Assembly (NCBI GenBank): GCA_963773065.1
Contig: CAVYZN010000006.1
Span: forward strand, 201,470-265,469
Reading direction: 5' to 3'
DNA: 64,000 nt
Source of the DNA: an uncultured Gammaproteobacteria bacterium
GTDB lineage: Bacteria > Pseudomonadota > Gammaproteobacteria > UBA9214
Notes under the pieces: generated by a model
Seen by the model: only the letters and a program-made list of their open reading frames with translations
Told to the model about the DNA's origin: nothing
Databases searched by the model: none
In this document: one piece after another, positions 41,023 to 56,741 of the stretch
Layout: the number at the start of each line of letters is the position of its first letter
How positions within the stretch are numbered: the first letter of the stretch is position 1
Program-made: the position numbers and the translations under genes

Positions 41023-41026
<4 letters not shown>
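40150..41026 (+). CDS. coxM: CO dehydrogenase FAD subunit (frameshift ~40458)
   Basis: [51 protein letters not shown]. Confidence 0.9.
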
Positions 41027-41508
<482 letters not shown>

Positions 41509-41512
41509 GACC

Positions 41513-43918
41513 ATGGCAGCGACAGCAGAAGTCATCGAGCGCGAGGCGCGGATCGGCGGTGTCGGATGCGCCCGCAAACGGAAGGAGGACCCGCGGCTGA
41601 TCCGTGGCGAGGGCACCTATGTGGACGACATCAAGCTGCCCGGCATGGTCTTCGGCGACATGGTACGCAGCCCCTATGCCCACGCCCGCATCAAGTCCAT
41701 CAACAAGGAGAAGGCCCTGGCGCTGCCCGGGGTGCTTGCCGTGCTCACCGCCGCCGATCTGAAGCCCCTGAAGCTGCACTGGATGCCGACGCTCGCCGGT
41801 GACGTGCAGGCGGTGCTGGCCGACGAGAAGGTGGTATTCCAGAACCAGGAGGTCGCCATGGTGATCGCCGACGACCGTTACATCGCCGCCGATGCCGTGG
41901 AGCTGGTCGAGGTCGAGTACGAGGAACTGCCGGTGATCGTCGACCCCCACAGGGCGATGGATGCCGACGCGCCGATCATACGCGAGGACCTCATCGGCAA
42001 GGACGATGTCGGCCAGGGGAAGCGCCTGCACGCCAACCACATCTTCACCTGGGAGGCGGGCGACAAAGCGGCGACGGATCGGATCTTCGCCTCCGCCGCC
42101 GTCACGGTGAAGCAGGAGATGCTGAACCCCAGGGTCCATCCCTGCCCGATCGAGACCTGCGGCTGCGTCGCCTCCTTCGACAAGGTGAAAGGCGACCTCA
42201 CGGTGCACATCACCTCGCAGGCGCCGCACATCTATCGCACGGTGATCTCGCTGCTCTCGGGGCTGCCCGAGAGCAAGGTGCGGGTGATCTCGCACGACAT
42301 CGGCGGCGGCTTCGGCAACAAGATCCCGGTTTACCCGGGCTACGTGGTCGCCATCGTGGGCTCGATCGTGCTCGGGCGGCCGGTCAAGTGGATCGAGGAC
42401 CGGATCGAGAACCTGTCGACCACCTCGTTCGCGCGCGACTACCACGGCACGGGCGAACTGGCGGCGGACCGGGACGGCCGGATCACGGCCCTGCGCGTGA
42501 ACTTCCTGGCCGATCACGGCGCGTTCAATTCCCATGTCCAGCCGACCAAGTGGCCCGCCGGCCTGGTGTCGATCTGCACCGGCTCCTACGACATCCCGAC
42601 CGCCTATCTCAAGGTCGATGGCGTGTTCACCAACAAACCCCCGGGGGGCGTCGCCTACCGCTGTTCGGTGCGCGTCACCGAGGCGGTCTACCTCATCGAG
42701 CGCATGATCGACATCCTGGCGCAGAAACTCGGCATCGACAAGGCCGAGATCCGCCGGCGCAACTTCATCAAGAAGGAGCAGTTCCCCTACACCTCCGCCT
42801 TCGGCTGGCAATACGACAGCGGCGACTACCACACCGCGCTCGAGAAGGTGCTGAAGGCGGTGGATTACGAGGGCCTGCGCCGGGAGCAGGCGGAAAAGCG
42901 CGCGCGCGGGGAGTTGATGGGCATCGGCATCGCCACCTTCACGGAGATCCTCGGCGCCGGCCCCGCCAAGGCCTGCGACATTCTCGGCGTGGGCATGTTC
43001 GACAGTTGCGAGATCCGCGTCCATCCCACGGGCAGCGCCATCGCGCGGCTCGGCACCATGACGCAGGGCCAGGGCCACCTGACCACCTACGCCCAGATCA
43101 TCGCCACCGAGCTCGGCATTCCCTCCGAGGATATCCAGATCGAGGAGGGCGACACCGATACCGCCCCGTATGGCCTGGGCACCTATGGCTCGCGCAGCAC
43201 GCCCGTCGGCGGCGCGGCCGCGGCGGTCGCCGCGCGCAAGATCCGCGACAAGGCGCGCCGCATCGCGGCCCACCTGCTGGAGGTGAGCGAAGACGACCTA
43301 GAGTGGGACACGGACCGCTTCAAGGTGAAGGGCGTGCCGGGGCAGGAAAAGACCATGAAGGAGATCGCCTGGGCGGCCTACAACAACGTGCCCGAGGGCA
43401 TGGAGATGGGGCTCGAGGCGGAGAACTACTACGATCCGCCGAACTTCACCTTTCCGTTCGGGGCCTATGTCTGCGTGCTGGACATCGACCGCTACACGGG
43501 CGAGTCCCATATCCGGCGATTCTACGCGCTCGATGACTGCGGCACCCGCATCAACCCCATGATCATCGAGGGCCAGATCCACGGCGGCCTGAACGAGGCG
43601 TTCGCGGTCGCCATGGGACAGAAGCTGGAATACGACGAAAGCGGCAACCTGCTGAGCGGAAGTTTTCTCGATTACTTCTGGCCGACCATGGTGGAGACGC
43701 CGGTGTGGGAGACCGATTACACGGTCACCCCCTCGCCCCACCATCCCATCGGCGCGAAAGGCGTCGCGGAGTCACCGCATGTCGGCGGCATCCCGTGCTT
43801 CTCCAACGCGGTCAACGACGCTTTCGCCCATCTCGGCGTCACCCATATCGACATGCCCCATACCGCCTACCGCGTCTGGAAGACCATCCATGCGCTGGGA
43901 CTGGACAAGCACGCGTGA
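41513..43918 (+). CDS. coxL: Mo-Cu CO dehydrogenase large subunit, form I-type with variant motif AYRCSVR
   Basis: RKEDPRLIRG, LHWMPTLAGD, GGGFGNK, GGVAYRCSVRVTEA, AKGVAESPHVG; gene order MSL. Confidence 0.92.
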   Translation: MAATAEVIEREARIGGVGCARKRKEDPRLIRGEGTYVDDIKLPGMVFGDMVRSPYAHARIKSINKEKALALPGVLAVLTAADLKPLKLHWMPTLAGDVQAVLADEKVVFQNQEVAMVIADDRYIAADAVELVEVEYEELPVIVDPHRAMDADAPIIREDLIGKDDVGQGKRLHANHIFTWEAGDKAATDRIFASAAVTVKQEMLNPRVHPCPIETCGCVASFDKVKGDLTVHITSQAPHIYRTVISLLSGLPESKVRVISHDIGGGFGNKIPVYPGYVVAIVGSIVLGRPVKWIEDRIENLSTTSFARDYHGTGELAADRDGRITALRVNFLADHGAFNSHVQPTKWPAGLVSICTGSYDIPTAYLKVDGVFTNKPPGGVAYRCSVRVTEAVYLIERMIDILAQKLGIDKAEIRRRNFIKKEQFPYTSAFGWQYDSGDYHTALEKVLKAVDYEGLRREQAEKRARGELMGIGIATFTEILGAGPAKACDILGVGMFDSCEIRVHPTGSAIARLGTMTQGQGHLTTYAQIIATELGIPSEDIQIEEGDTDTAPYGLGTYGSRSTPVGGAAAAVAARKIRDKARRIAAHLLEVSEDDLEWDTDRFKVKGVPGQEKTMKEIAWAAYNNVPEGMEMGLEAENYYDPPNFTFPFGAYVCVLDIDRYTGESHIRRFYALDDCGTRINPMIIEGQIHGGLNEAFAVAMGQKLEYDESGNLLSGSFLDYFWPTMVETPVWETDYTVTPSPHHPIGAKGVAESPHVGGIPCFSNAVNDAFAHLGVTHIDMPHTAYRVWKTIHALGLDKHA

Positions 43919-43972
43919 CCGGCGGCGTGCCCGTTTCCGGGCCACGCCTGTGCCAAACCGGGAGATACGGCA

Positions 43973-44569
43973 ATGCAGGTGAAGCTGGAGAAGACGATCC
44001 CGCTGCAGGCCACGGCCGGTGAGGCGTGGGTGCTGCTGCGGGATGTTTCCCGGGTCGCCGAATGCGTGCCCGGCGCGCGGGTCACGGATCAGGTGGACGC
44101 GACCCATTACCGGGGGGAGGTGCGCGTAAAGATCGGGCCGGCGGTGGCGACCTTCCAGGGCGAGTTCGAGGTCAGGAGCCTCGACGCGGGCAAGCACGAA
44201 CTGCGGCTCATCGGCAAGGGCAAGGACGCCAGGGGCACCTCGACCGCCACCATGGACCTGACGGCCAGCCTGCGCGACGTCGGCGCCGGGGGAAGTGAAC
44301 TGCTCGGTGTCTCCGCCGTCAGCGTGTCCGGCAAGATGGCGAGTTTCGGCGGCCGCATGCTGAACCAGGTCGCGGACCAGATTCTCGATCAGTTCGCGAC
44401 CAACTTCTCGACCCGCGTGACCGCCATGGGCACGGGGGCGGCGGCGGAAAAGGCCGCCGCCAGGATCGCGAACAGTCCCGGAGAGCTCCATGCCTTCGCG
44501 CTCCTGTGGCGCGTCTTTGCCGATTTTCTGAGGAGCCTGTTTGGACGCAAGTCCGGAAAGGCCGGCTGA
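43973..44569 (+). CDS. coxG: CoxG / SRPBCC protein
   Basis: VAECVPGA, VKIGP, GKMASFGGRMLNQVADQILDQFA. Confidence 0.85.
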   Translation: MQVKLEKTIPLQATAGEAWVLLRDVSRVAECVPGARVTDQVDATHYRGEVRVKIGPAVATFQGEFEVRSLDAGKHELRLIGKGKDARGTSTATMDLTASLRDVGAGGSELLGVSAVSVSGKMASFGGRMLNQVADQILDQFATNFSTRVTAMGTGAAAEKAAARIANSPGELHAFALLWRVFADFLRSLFGRKSGKAG

Positions 44570-44679
44570 ACCGGTGCGAGGGCGAGGCCCCGTCATGTCT
44601 TCCGCCGCCGCCATGTCCGCCGTCACGCCGTCGCCACACGCCAGTGCGAGCCGGTGCACCGTCAGGCCCGAACGGGTCC

Positions 44680-45559
44680 ATGCCTGATATCACGGCATTT
44701 CAGCAGCGGCTCGATGCCGCCGGCTACATCGCGGACGAGAGCCTGGCCGCGACTCTGCTGCTGCTGACGGAGCTGCGCCGTCCGCTGCTCCTGGAAGGCG
44801 AGGCGGGGGTCGGCAAGACCGAGGTGGCCAAGACGCTCGCCCGGGTGTTTCGCCTGCCCCCTCATCCGCCTGCAATGCTACGAGGGCCTGGATACCAATT
44901 CCGCGGTGTACGAGTGGAACTACCAGCGTCAGTTGCTCGCCATCAAGATACAGGAAACGCAGGCGTATCCGGCGCAGGAGCGGGAGCGGCATATCTTCAG
45001 CGAGGCCTTCCTCCTCAAGCGGCCGCTGCTGCAGGCGATCACCCTGCCGGAATCACCCGTGCTGCTGGTCGACGAAATCGACCGCGCCGATGAAGAGTTC
45101 GAGGCCTACCTGCTGGAGCTGCTGTCCGACTTCCAGATCAGCATCCCCGAACTCGGCACGATCCCGGCCACGAGCATTCCCTATGTGGTGCTCACCTCCA
45201 ACGGCACGCGCGAGCTGAGCGATGCCCTGCGGCGGCGCTGCCTGTACTACTATGTCGATCATCCCTCGCCCGAGAAGGAGCTGCGCATCGTCCGCCGGCA
45301 TCTGCCGCAGATCGACCAGGACCTCGCCCGGCAGATCGTCGCCTTCGTGCAGGCATTGCGCGCGCTGGAGCTGCGCAAGAGGCCGGGCATCGCCGAAACC
45401 CTGGACTGGGCGGCGGCGCTGCTGCGCCTGGATATCCGCGACCTGGCGCAGGACCCGCGGCGCATTCTCGATTCGCTCGCCTGCCTGCTGAAGACCCGGG
45501 AAGATCGCGCCGCGGTCGACGCGGACGTGATCGGGCGCGTGATCGCGGGCGCCGGATGA
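44680..45559 (+). CDS. coxD: MoxR AAA+ ATPase (frameshift ~44852)
   Basis: LEGEAGVGKT, YEWNYQRQLL, LVDEIDRADEEFEA, SDALRRRC. Confidence 0.88.
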
Positions 45560-46753
45560 TCCCCATGGGCGAACCCCGCGCCAACCTGAACCCGCCGCCT
45601 GCCGCGCCGGAGTCGCCGGTCGCCGCGCTGCTCGGGTTCACGGGCATGCTGCGCGACAACGGCTTTTCCCTCGGACTGCGCGAGCAGATCGACGCGCTGT
45701 CGGTCGTCAGAGCGAGCGGCATCCTGAACCTCCAGCGCCTGCGCTGGGGTCTGCGCAGCCTGCTGTGCACGACCCGCGAGGAATGGCGGCGCTTCGATCC
45801 GCTGTTCGATGCCTACTGGTTCGCGGCGAACCGCGCGCTCCGGACGCGGGCCGCGGGCGGCGGCCGCGTCGATACCCGAAGCGGGGCGGATACCGGCACG
45901 GAGCCGCGACGACAGGGCGACCGACGTCGACCGGGCCGGCGCGGGACCGGGTGTGGACGAGGCGCACGGCGCGGCGGCCCGGGGCGGCGCCAGTCCCCGG
46001 GAGGCGCCCGGCCGCCTGGATTTCCGCTTCCTCTGCGATGCCCGGCAGATGCACGAAATGGAGCGCCTCGCGGAACGGCTCGCCCGGCGCATGCGGCGCC
46101 GCCAGTTGCGCCGCCTGCGCCTCTCGCGGCAGGGGCGGCGCATCCACATGCGGCGCACCATCCGCAAGAGCCTGCGCTACGGCGGCACCCCGCTGGAACT
46201 GGCCTTCAAGCAGCGGCGCCGCCAGCGGCCGCGGCTGATCGTGCTGCTCGATGTCAGCCGCTCCATGAGCCTGTACAGCTACCTGTTCCTGCGCTTCGCG
46301 CGCGGGCTGGTCGACGCGTTCCGGGATGCCGATGCCTTCGTCTTCCACACCCGGCTGGTGCAGGTGACGCAGGCGCTGCGGGAGCGTGATACCCGCAAGC
46401 TCAAGGAGAAACTCACGCTGCTGTCGGCGGGCTGGTCGGGCGGCACCCGCATCGGGGAATGCCTGCAGGCCTTCAATCGCGATCACGGTGCGCGCCTGGT
46501 CACTTCGCGCAGCATCGTGATCATCGCGAGCGACGGCTTCGATACCGGTCCCGCGGAGGTGCTTGCCGGGCAGCTCGCCCGCATCCGGCGGCGGGCCCGG
46601 AAGATCGTCTGGCTGAACCCGCTGCTGGGACGCACGGGCTACCAGCCGCTCGCCGCCGGCATGCAGGCGGCGTTGCCCTGGATCGATGTGTTCGCGCCGG
46701 CCCACAACCTGGACAGCCTGCTGGCGCTGGAGCCCGAACTGATGAATCTGTGA
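45556..46753 (+). CDS. coxE: VWA-domain CoxE protein (frameshift ~45900)
   Basis: LLDVSRSM, WSGGTRIG, SDGFD, WLNPL, PAHNLDSL. Confidence 0.88.
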
Positions 46754-46775
46754 GCCACGGGTGAGGGGAGATGCC

Positions 46776-47779
46776 ATGATCGATAGCGATGCCGTGCTGG
46801 ACACCGCCTACCGCCTCAAGTCGGCGGGAGTACCCTTTGCGCTCGCCACCGTCGTGCGCTGCGAGTCGCCCACCTCCGCCAAACCCGGGGCGAAGGCCGT
46901 GATCGAACCGGACGGCACGATACACGGCTGGATCGGCGGCGGCTGCGCCCAGCCGGCCGTGGTCAAGACGGCCCGACAGGCGATCGCGGACGGCCTGCCG
47001 CGCCTGATCCGCATCAGCCCGGAACGCGGCGAACCCGTCGAGAGCGGCATTGTCGAATACGGTATGAGCTGCCACAGCGGCGGAACGCTGGATATCTTCA
47101 TCGACCCGGTCAACTCGCGCCCTGCCCTGGCGATCATCGGCGCCTCGGCCGCGGCGCAGGCGCTATGCGCCCTCGCGTCCCGGATGGGGTTCGCGGTGAC
47201 GGCCGTCTGCCCCGGTGCAAACAGGGAACTCTTCCCGGAGGCGGAGCAAACGATCGACGGCCTCGAATCTGCCGCAGGCGTTGCGCGACCGGCGGCCCTT
47301 CGTCGTGGTCTCGACCCAGGGCCGGCGCGACGAGGAGGGACTGGAGGCGGCGCTGCGCAGCGGTGCGCCGTCCATCGCGTTCATCGCCAGCGAACGCAAG
47401 GCCGCGAAGCTCAGGCAGTACCTGCTGGAGCGCGGCCATGACGGCGCCCGGGTGGAGGCCATCGTCTCGCCCGCGGGCATCGAGATCGGCGCGGTGACGC
47501 CGGAGGAGATTGCCCTCTCGGTGCTCGCCGGCCTGGTACGGGCGCGAAGAAGCCCGGTGGAGGCGGAACCCGCCGGGGCGCAGGCGACGGCCGCGGCGGC
47601 ACCGGAAACCGCCGCGCAGGCCATCGACCCGGTGTGCGGCATGTCCGTCGATATCGCCACGGCGGCGTATCGCGACCGAGCACGCCGGCCAGAGGTACTA
47701 TTTCTGCTGTGCGCACTGCCAGCACAGTTTCGAGCAGGCGCCGGAGCGCTATCTGGCTGCGGCGCGGGAGACACCGTGA
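46776..47779 (+). CDS. coxF: XdhC/CoxF protein with C-terminal YHS domain (frameshifts ~47280, ~47670)
   Basis: GWIGGGC, MSCHSGG, SPAGIEIGAVTPEEIALS, then DPVCGMSVD...YYFCCAHC...PERYL. Confidence 0.8.
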
Positions 47780-48399
47780 CGAGCGTTTCGGCCATCCTGC
47801 TTGCCGCGGGCGAGTCCCGCCGCATGGGCGCAATGAACAAGCTCGCGCTCCCCGTCGAGGGCGTGCCGCTGCTGCGCCGTACGGCCCAGACCCTGCTCGC
47901 CTCGGGACTGCGGGAGGTAGTCGCCGTGCTGGGCCATGAGGCACAAATCATGCGCGGGCTGCTCGCCGGCCTGCCGCTGCGGCTCATCGAGAATCCCCGC
48001 TACCGGGAAGGACAGATGAGCTCCGTTCATTGCGGCCTCGACGCCCTGCCGGGTCCCTGCGACGGGGTGATGATCTGCCTTGCCGACCAGCCGCTGCTGA
48101 CGCCGGCGGATATCGACACGCTGATCGAGGCCTTTGCGCGCCGCCCGCGGGGCGACATTCTGGTACCGACCTACGCCGGCCGGCGCGGCAATCCCATCGT
48201 GCTGGATTTTGCGCAGCGCGCCGCCATCCTCGCCGGCGAGCGCAACCTGGGCTGCCGGCACCTGATCGAGCGCATGCCGGAACGGGTGACGACCTGCGCG
48301 ATGCCGGACGACCACGTGGTGTTCGATCTCGATACTCCCGGGGACTACGCGGCATTGCAGGAGCGGCTGGCGGGAGAAGGCGAGCGGCTGGCGGTTTGA
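47776..48399 (+). CDS. mocA: Molybdenum cofactor cytidylyltransferase-like
   Basis: GTG start; ILLAAGESRRMG, NPRYREGQMSS, LADQP, GNP, DLDTP. Confidence 0.82.
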   Translation: MTSVSAILLAAGESRRMGAMNKLALPVEGVPLLRRTAQTLLASGLREVVAVLGHEAQIMRGLLAGLPLRLIENPRYREGQMSSVHCGLDALPGPCDGVMICLADQPLLTPADIDTLIEAFARRPRGDILVPTYAGRRGNPIVLDFAQRAAILAGERNLGCRHLIERMPERVTTCAMPDDHVVFDLDTPGDYAALQERLAGEGERLAV

Positions 48400-48425
48400 T
48401 GTCCGGGTGACAGGGGAAGGTGAAC

Positions 48426-49247
48426 ATGGCCAAAGAGATACTCGATGTCCTGCTGGAACTGCGCGCACAGGGGCGGCCCTGTGCGCTGGCCACGGTCGTG
48501 GAAACCCTGGGTTCGGTCTCCGCCAAGACCGGCGCCAAGGCGGTGATCGACCAGGAGGGCAGGGTCGTGGCCGGCTGGGTCGGGGGCGGTTGCGCGGAAT
48601 CCACGACCTGCCAGGCCGCGCTCGAATGCCTGAAGAGCGCGAGCACCACGGTCATCGACATCGACCTCAATGACGAAGTGCTGGGTGCCGGGATGCCGTG
48701 CGGCGGCAGCATGCGCGTCTATGTCGAGCCCATATTGCCCGGGCCGGCGCTGTGGATCATGGGCCACGGGCGCGTCGCGGAGTGCCTGTGCCAACTGGGG
48801 GATCTGCTCGGCTTTCGCGTCATCGTCAACGACCCCATCGTCGACCGGGAACACTACCCGGCCGCGGCGCGCCTGATCACGGATGACATCGATTACCGGC
48901 AACTGCAGCCGGCGGCCGGCGATTACGTGGTGATCGCCACGCAGCACCGGGGGGATCATGAATCCCTCAAACAGGCGCTCTCCTCGCCCGCCGGCTACAT
49001 CGCCCTGATCGCGAGCCGCAAGCGCGCCCGCCTGGTGCTGGACCACCTGCGCGAGGCCGGCTTCGAGGCGGCGGCGCTGGAACGCGTGATGGCGCCCGCC
49101 GGGCTGGACCTCGGCGCGCGCACCCCGGAAGAAATCGCCCTGTGCGTGATCGGCGAGATGGTGCTCGTCCGCCGGGGCGGCAGCGGCCTGCGCATGCGCG
49201 ACACGCTGTACGGTGAACAGCGCAGAGCGCGGGCCGTGGGTCGGTAA
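48426..49247 (+). CDS. Second XdhC/CoxI-family maturation factor
   Basis: ALATVV, GWVGGGCAE, GMPCGG, APAGLDLGARTPEEIA. Confidence 0.87.
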   Translation: MAKEILDVLLELRAQGRPCALATVVETLGSVSAKTGAKAVIDQEGRVVAGWVGGGCAESTTCQAALECLKSASTTVIDIDLNDEVLGAGMPCGGSMRVYVEPILPGPALWIMGHGRVAECLCQLGDLLGFRVIVNDPIVDREHYPAAARLITDDIDYRQLQPAAGDYVVIATQHRGDHESLKQALSSPAGYIALIASRKRARLVLDHLREAGFEAAALERVMAPAGLDLGARTPEEIALCVIGEMVLVRRGGSGLRMRDTLYGEQRRARAVGR

Positions 49248-49251
49248 GGCC

Positions 49252-49383
49252 ATGCACGAAGCCGCGCACGATTACCCGCTGCCTGCCGCCGGCTTCAATC
49301 CGGAGGCCGTGCGCGCCGATTTTCCGCTGCTGGCGGAGCACGCGCGGGACGGCGCTGCGTGCTGCTGGCATGGGACGCGGTGA
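49252..49383 (+). pseudogene. N-terminal remnant of a SufS-like cysteine desulfurase
   Basis: 43-aa ORF containing FNPEAVRADFPLL; similarity ends immediately after. Confidence 0.5.
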
Positions 49384-49458
49384 ACGCTATACTGACCGAA
49401 GGGTCCGGTGGCCGCGGCACGCCAGCGTCCGCGGCCGGGGCCTCAACGGAGTAAGGCC

Positions 49459-50436
49459 ATGCCCGAGTTGATCGACCCCTACGCCAGAAAGATCGAATAC
49501 CTGCGGCTGTCCGTCACGGACCGGTGCGACCTGCGCTGCACCTACTGCATACCGCAGGGGTTTCACGGGTTCGAAAGCCCGCCGCACTGGCTGAGCTTCG
49601 ACGAGATCGAACGCCTGGTGCGCGTTTTCGCCCGCCTGGGACTGAGGAAGATCCGGCTGACCGGCGGCGAACCGCTGACGCGCCACAACGTGGCGGAACT
49701 GGCCGCCCGGATACATGCCATCGACGGCATCGACGATCTGTCGCTCAGCACCAACGGCACCCTGCTCGCCAAATACGCCGAGTCGCTGCGTGCAGCCGGG
49801 GTGAGCCGCCTGAACGTGAGCCTGGATTCGCTGCGGCCCGAGTGCTTCGCGCGCACCGCCGGCCGCGACGCACTCGCCGAGGTGCTCGACGGCCTCGAAG
49901 CGGCCAGGGCGGCCGGGTTCGCGCCGATCAAGATCAACATGGTGGTCATGAGCGGCGTCAACGAGGACGAAGTCGACGCCATGGTCGGCTTCTGCAGGGA
50001 ACGCGGGTTTGTCCTGCGCCTGATCGAGGTGATGCCGATGGGCGAGACGGGGCGCAATGCCCACTATATCGATCTGCAGCCCATCCGGCAGCGTCTGGCC
50101 GAGCGCTTCGGCCTGGTGGAGGGCCTGGTGCCCGGCGCCGGCCCCGCCCGCTACCTGCAATCCCCCGACGGGCGCTTCTCGGTCGGCTTCATCACCCCCA
50201 TCTCCCGGCATTTCTGCGCGACCTGCAACCGCGTGCGCCTGGCGGTGGACGGCACCCTGTATCTTTGCCTCGGGCAAAACGACAATTACGCCTTCCGCCC
50301 GCTGCTGCGCGAGGGCGCGAGCGATGAACAACTGGCCGCCGCCGTCGTTGAGGCCATCGGGCGCAAACCGGAGCGGCACGATTTCCGGGAGCAGCCAGGG
50401 AAGATCGTCCGCTTCATGAATCTCACCGGCGGTTGA
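49459..50436 (+). CDS. moaA: GTP 3',8-cyclase
   Basis: YLRLSVTDRCDLRCTYC, RLTGGEP, FCATCNRVRL, C-terminal GG. Confidence 0.95.
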   Translation: MPELIDPYARKIEYLRLSVTDRCDLRCTYCIPQGFHGFESPPHWLSFDEIERLVRVFARLGLRKIRLTGGEPLTRHNVAELAARIHAIDGIDDLSLSTNGTLLAKYAESLRAAGVSRLNVSLDSLRPECFARTAGRDALAEVLDGLEAARAAGFAPIKINMVVMSGVNEDEVDAMVGFCRERGFVLRLIEVMPMGETGRNAHYIDLQPIRQRLAERFGLVEGLVPGAGPARYLQSPDGRFSVGFITPISRHFCATCNRVRLAVDGTLYLCLGQNDNYAFRPLLREGASDEQLAAAVVEAIGRKPERHDFREQPGKIVRFMNLTGG

Positions 50437-50629
50437 TGCGAGTCTTCCCTCCTCCCCTCACTGCACGCATCGCCCTCCGCCTCCCGGCCTGTTTGGGCTG
50501 TCCCTCACCGCTTGCCTCCGGCTGACATCCAGTCGGATTGACGCTCCGCCCCGGGTGGACCAGACTGACGTTGAATGAGGTCGTATTTTCTCCGTCTGGC
50601 CACTGGAACCACCATGGGTCCCGAGCCGC

Positions 50630-55157
<4,528 letters not shown>

Positions 55158-55161
<4 letters not shown>

Positions 55162-56683
55162 GCGACAGCATCCCGACGGCTTCCTGCACCATCCGCGCCA
55201 GCCGATCGGCTACCGCGATCCGGCCGAGCGCGTTCAGGATTACCGCGAGGTGTATGCCGCCGATTGGGACCCGGGCCTGCTGCGCACCCAGGGGGAGCGC
55301 TGCATGGATTGCGGGACGCCGACCTGCATGGCCGGATGTCCGATCGGCAATCTCATCCCCGAGTGGAATGATCTCGTTGCCGGCGGTCGCTGGCGCGAGG
55401 CGCTGGACCGGCTGCACGCCACCAACAACTTTCCCGAGTTCACCGGCTACACCTGCCCCGCGCCCTGCGAGCCGGCCTGCACCCTGGCCGTCAACGACGC
55501 CCCCGTGACCATCAAGAGCCTGGAACGCGCCATCATCGATATGGGCTGGCGGCAAGGCTGGATTCTTCCCGAGCCGCCGCCGCGGCGTAGCGGTTTCAAG
55601 GTCGCGGTGGTCGGCAGCGGCCCGGCCGGACTGGCCTGCGCCCAGCAGCTCAACCGCGCCGGACACCGGGTGGTGGTGTTCGAGCGCGATGACGCCATCG
55701 GGGGATTGATGACCTACGGGATCCCCGACTTCAAATTCGACAAACGCAAGGTGGCGCGCCGGGTCGCCCAGCTCGCGCAGGAGGGGATCGGCTTCCGCAC
55801 CGGCGTCGAGGTGGGACGCGATCCGTCCCTGGCGGAGCTGCGCGGGCGGTTCGACGCCGTGTGCCTGGCCATCGGCGCCCAGGCCCCGCGCGAGGTGGCC
55901 GTGCCGGGCCGCGCGCTGGGCGGGGTCGAGCTGGCCATGGATTTTCTCACCGCGGAGAACCGGCGGCAGGCCGGCGTTTCCGTGTCGTGGCGCATCGACG
56001 CCCGGGGGCTCGACGTCGTGATCCTGGGAGGCGGTGACACCGGCGCCGACTGCCTGGCGACCGCGCATCGCCATGGCGCCCGTTCCGCCACCCAGATCAG
56101 CATCCGCGATCGTCCGCCGGAGCGGCGCGATGCGCGCCATCCCTGGCCCTGGTTGCCGATGACCTACGCCACGACCTACGCGCTGGATGAGGGCGGGGAA
56201 GAACACTTCGGCTTGAATGCCCTGGCCTTCCTCGATGAGGACGGCGACGGCCGCGTGGACGCGGTGCTGGCCGAACGGGTGGCCTGGGGCTACGACGCCG
56301 GCGGCCGGCGCCTGGACAAGCGGGTGCTGGAATCCGCCCTCCGGATTCCGGCGCAACTGGTACTGATCGCCGTGGGATTCAGCGGGCCGCGGCTCGACGG
56401 ACTGGCCGGCAGCGGCCTGGAGCTGACGCCGGGCGCGACGCTTGCCAGGGGAGCGGATTTGATGACGGCGCTGCCCGGGGTGTTCGCTGCGGGAGACGCC
56501 GCCATGGGGCAGTCCATCGTGGTCTGGGCGATCGGCGAGGGACGCGATGCCGCGCGGGCCATCGACATCTACCTGACCGGCGAATCCCGTTGCCCGGAAG
56601 CCTGCGCACGCCAAACCCGCCGCTGCCCCGGCGCTGAGCACGCGGGCTGGAGCCGGAATCTCGAGCCCCCCTCGCCCAGGTAG
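55158..56683 (+). CDS. gltD: Glutamate synthase small subunit (frameshift near start; true stop possibly 56637)
   Basis: RCMDCGTPTC, NNFPEFTG, CPAPCE, GSGPAG, GGGDTGADC, SIVVWAIGEGR. Confidence 0.92.
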
Positions 56684-56741
56684 CGCGCGGTGCGGGCGAC
56701 GCAATTGAACTCTCGCTTGATGTAGTGGGTAAAGCCGGGCG

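Noticed and set aside
47215-48399. Apparent XdhC-YHS-MocA fusion (394-aa ORF)
   Set aside because: Produced by an indel near 47670; YHS ends at 47779 in another frame and mocA has its own GTG at 47776.
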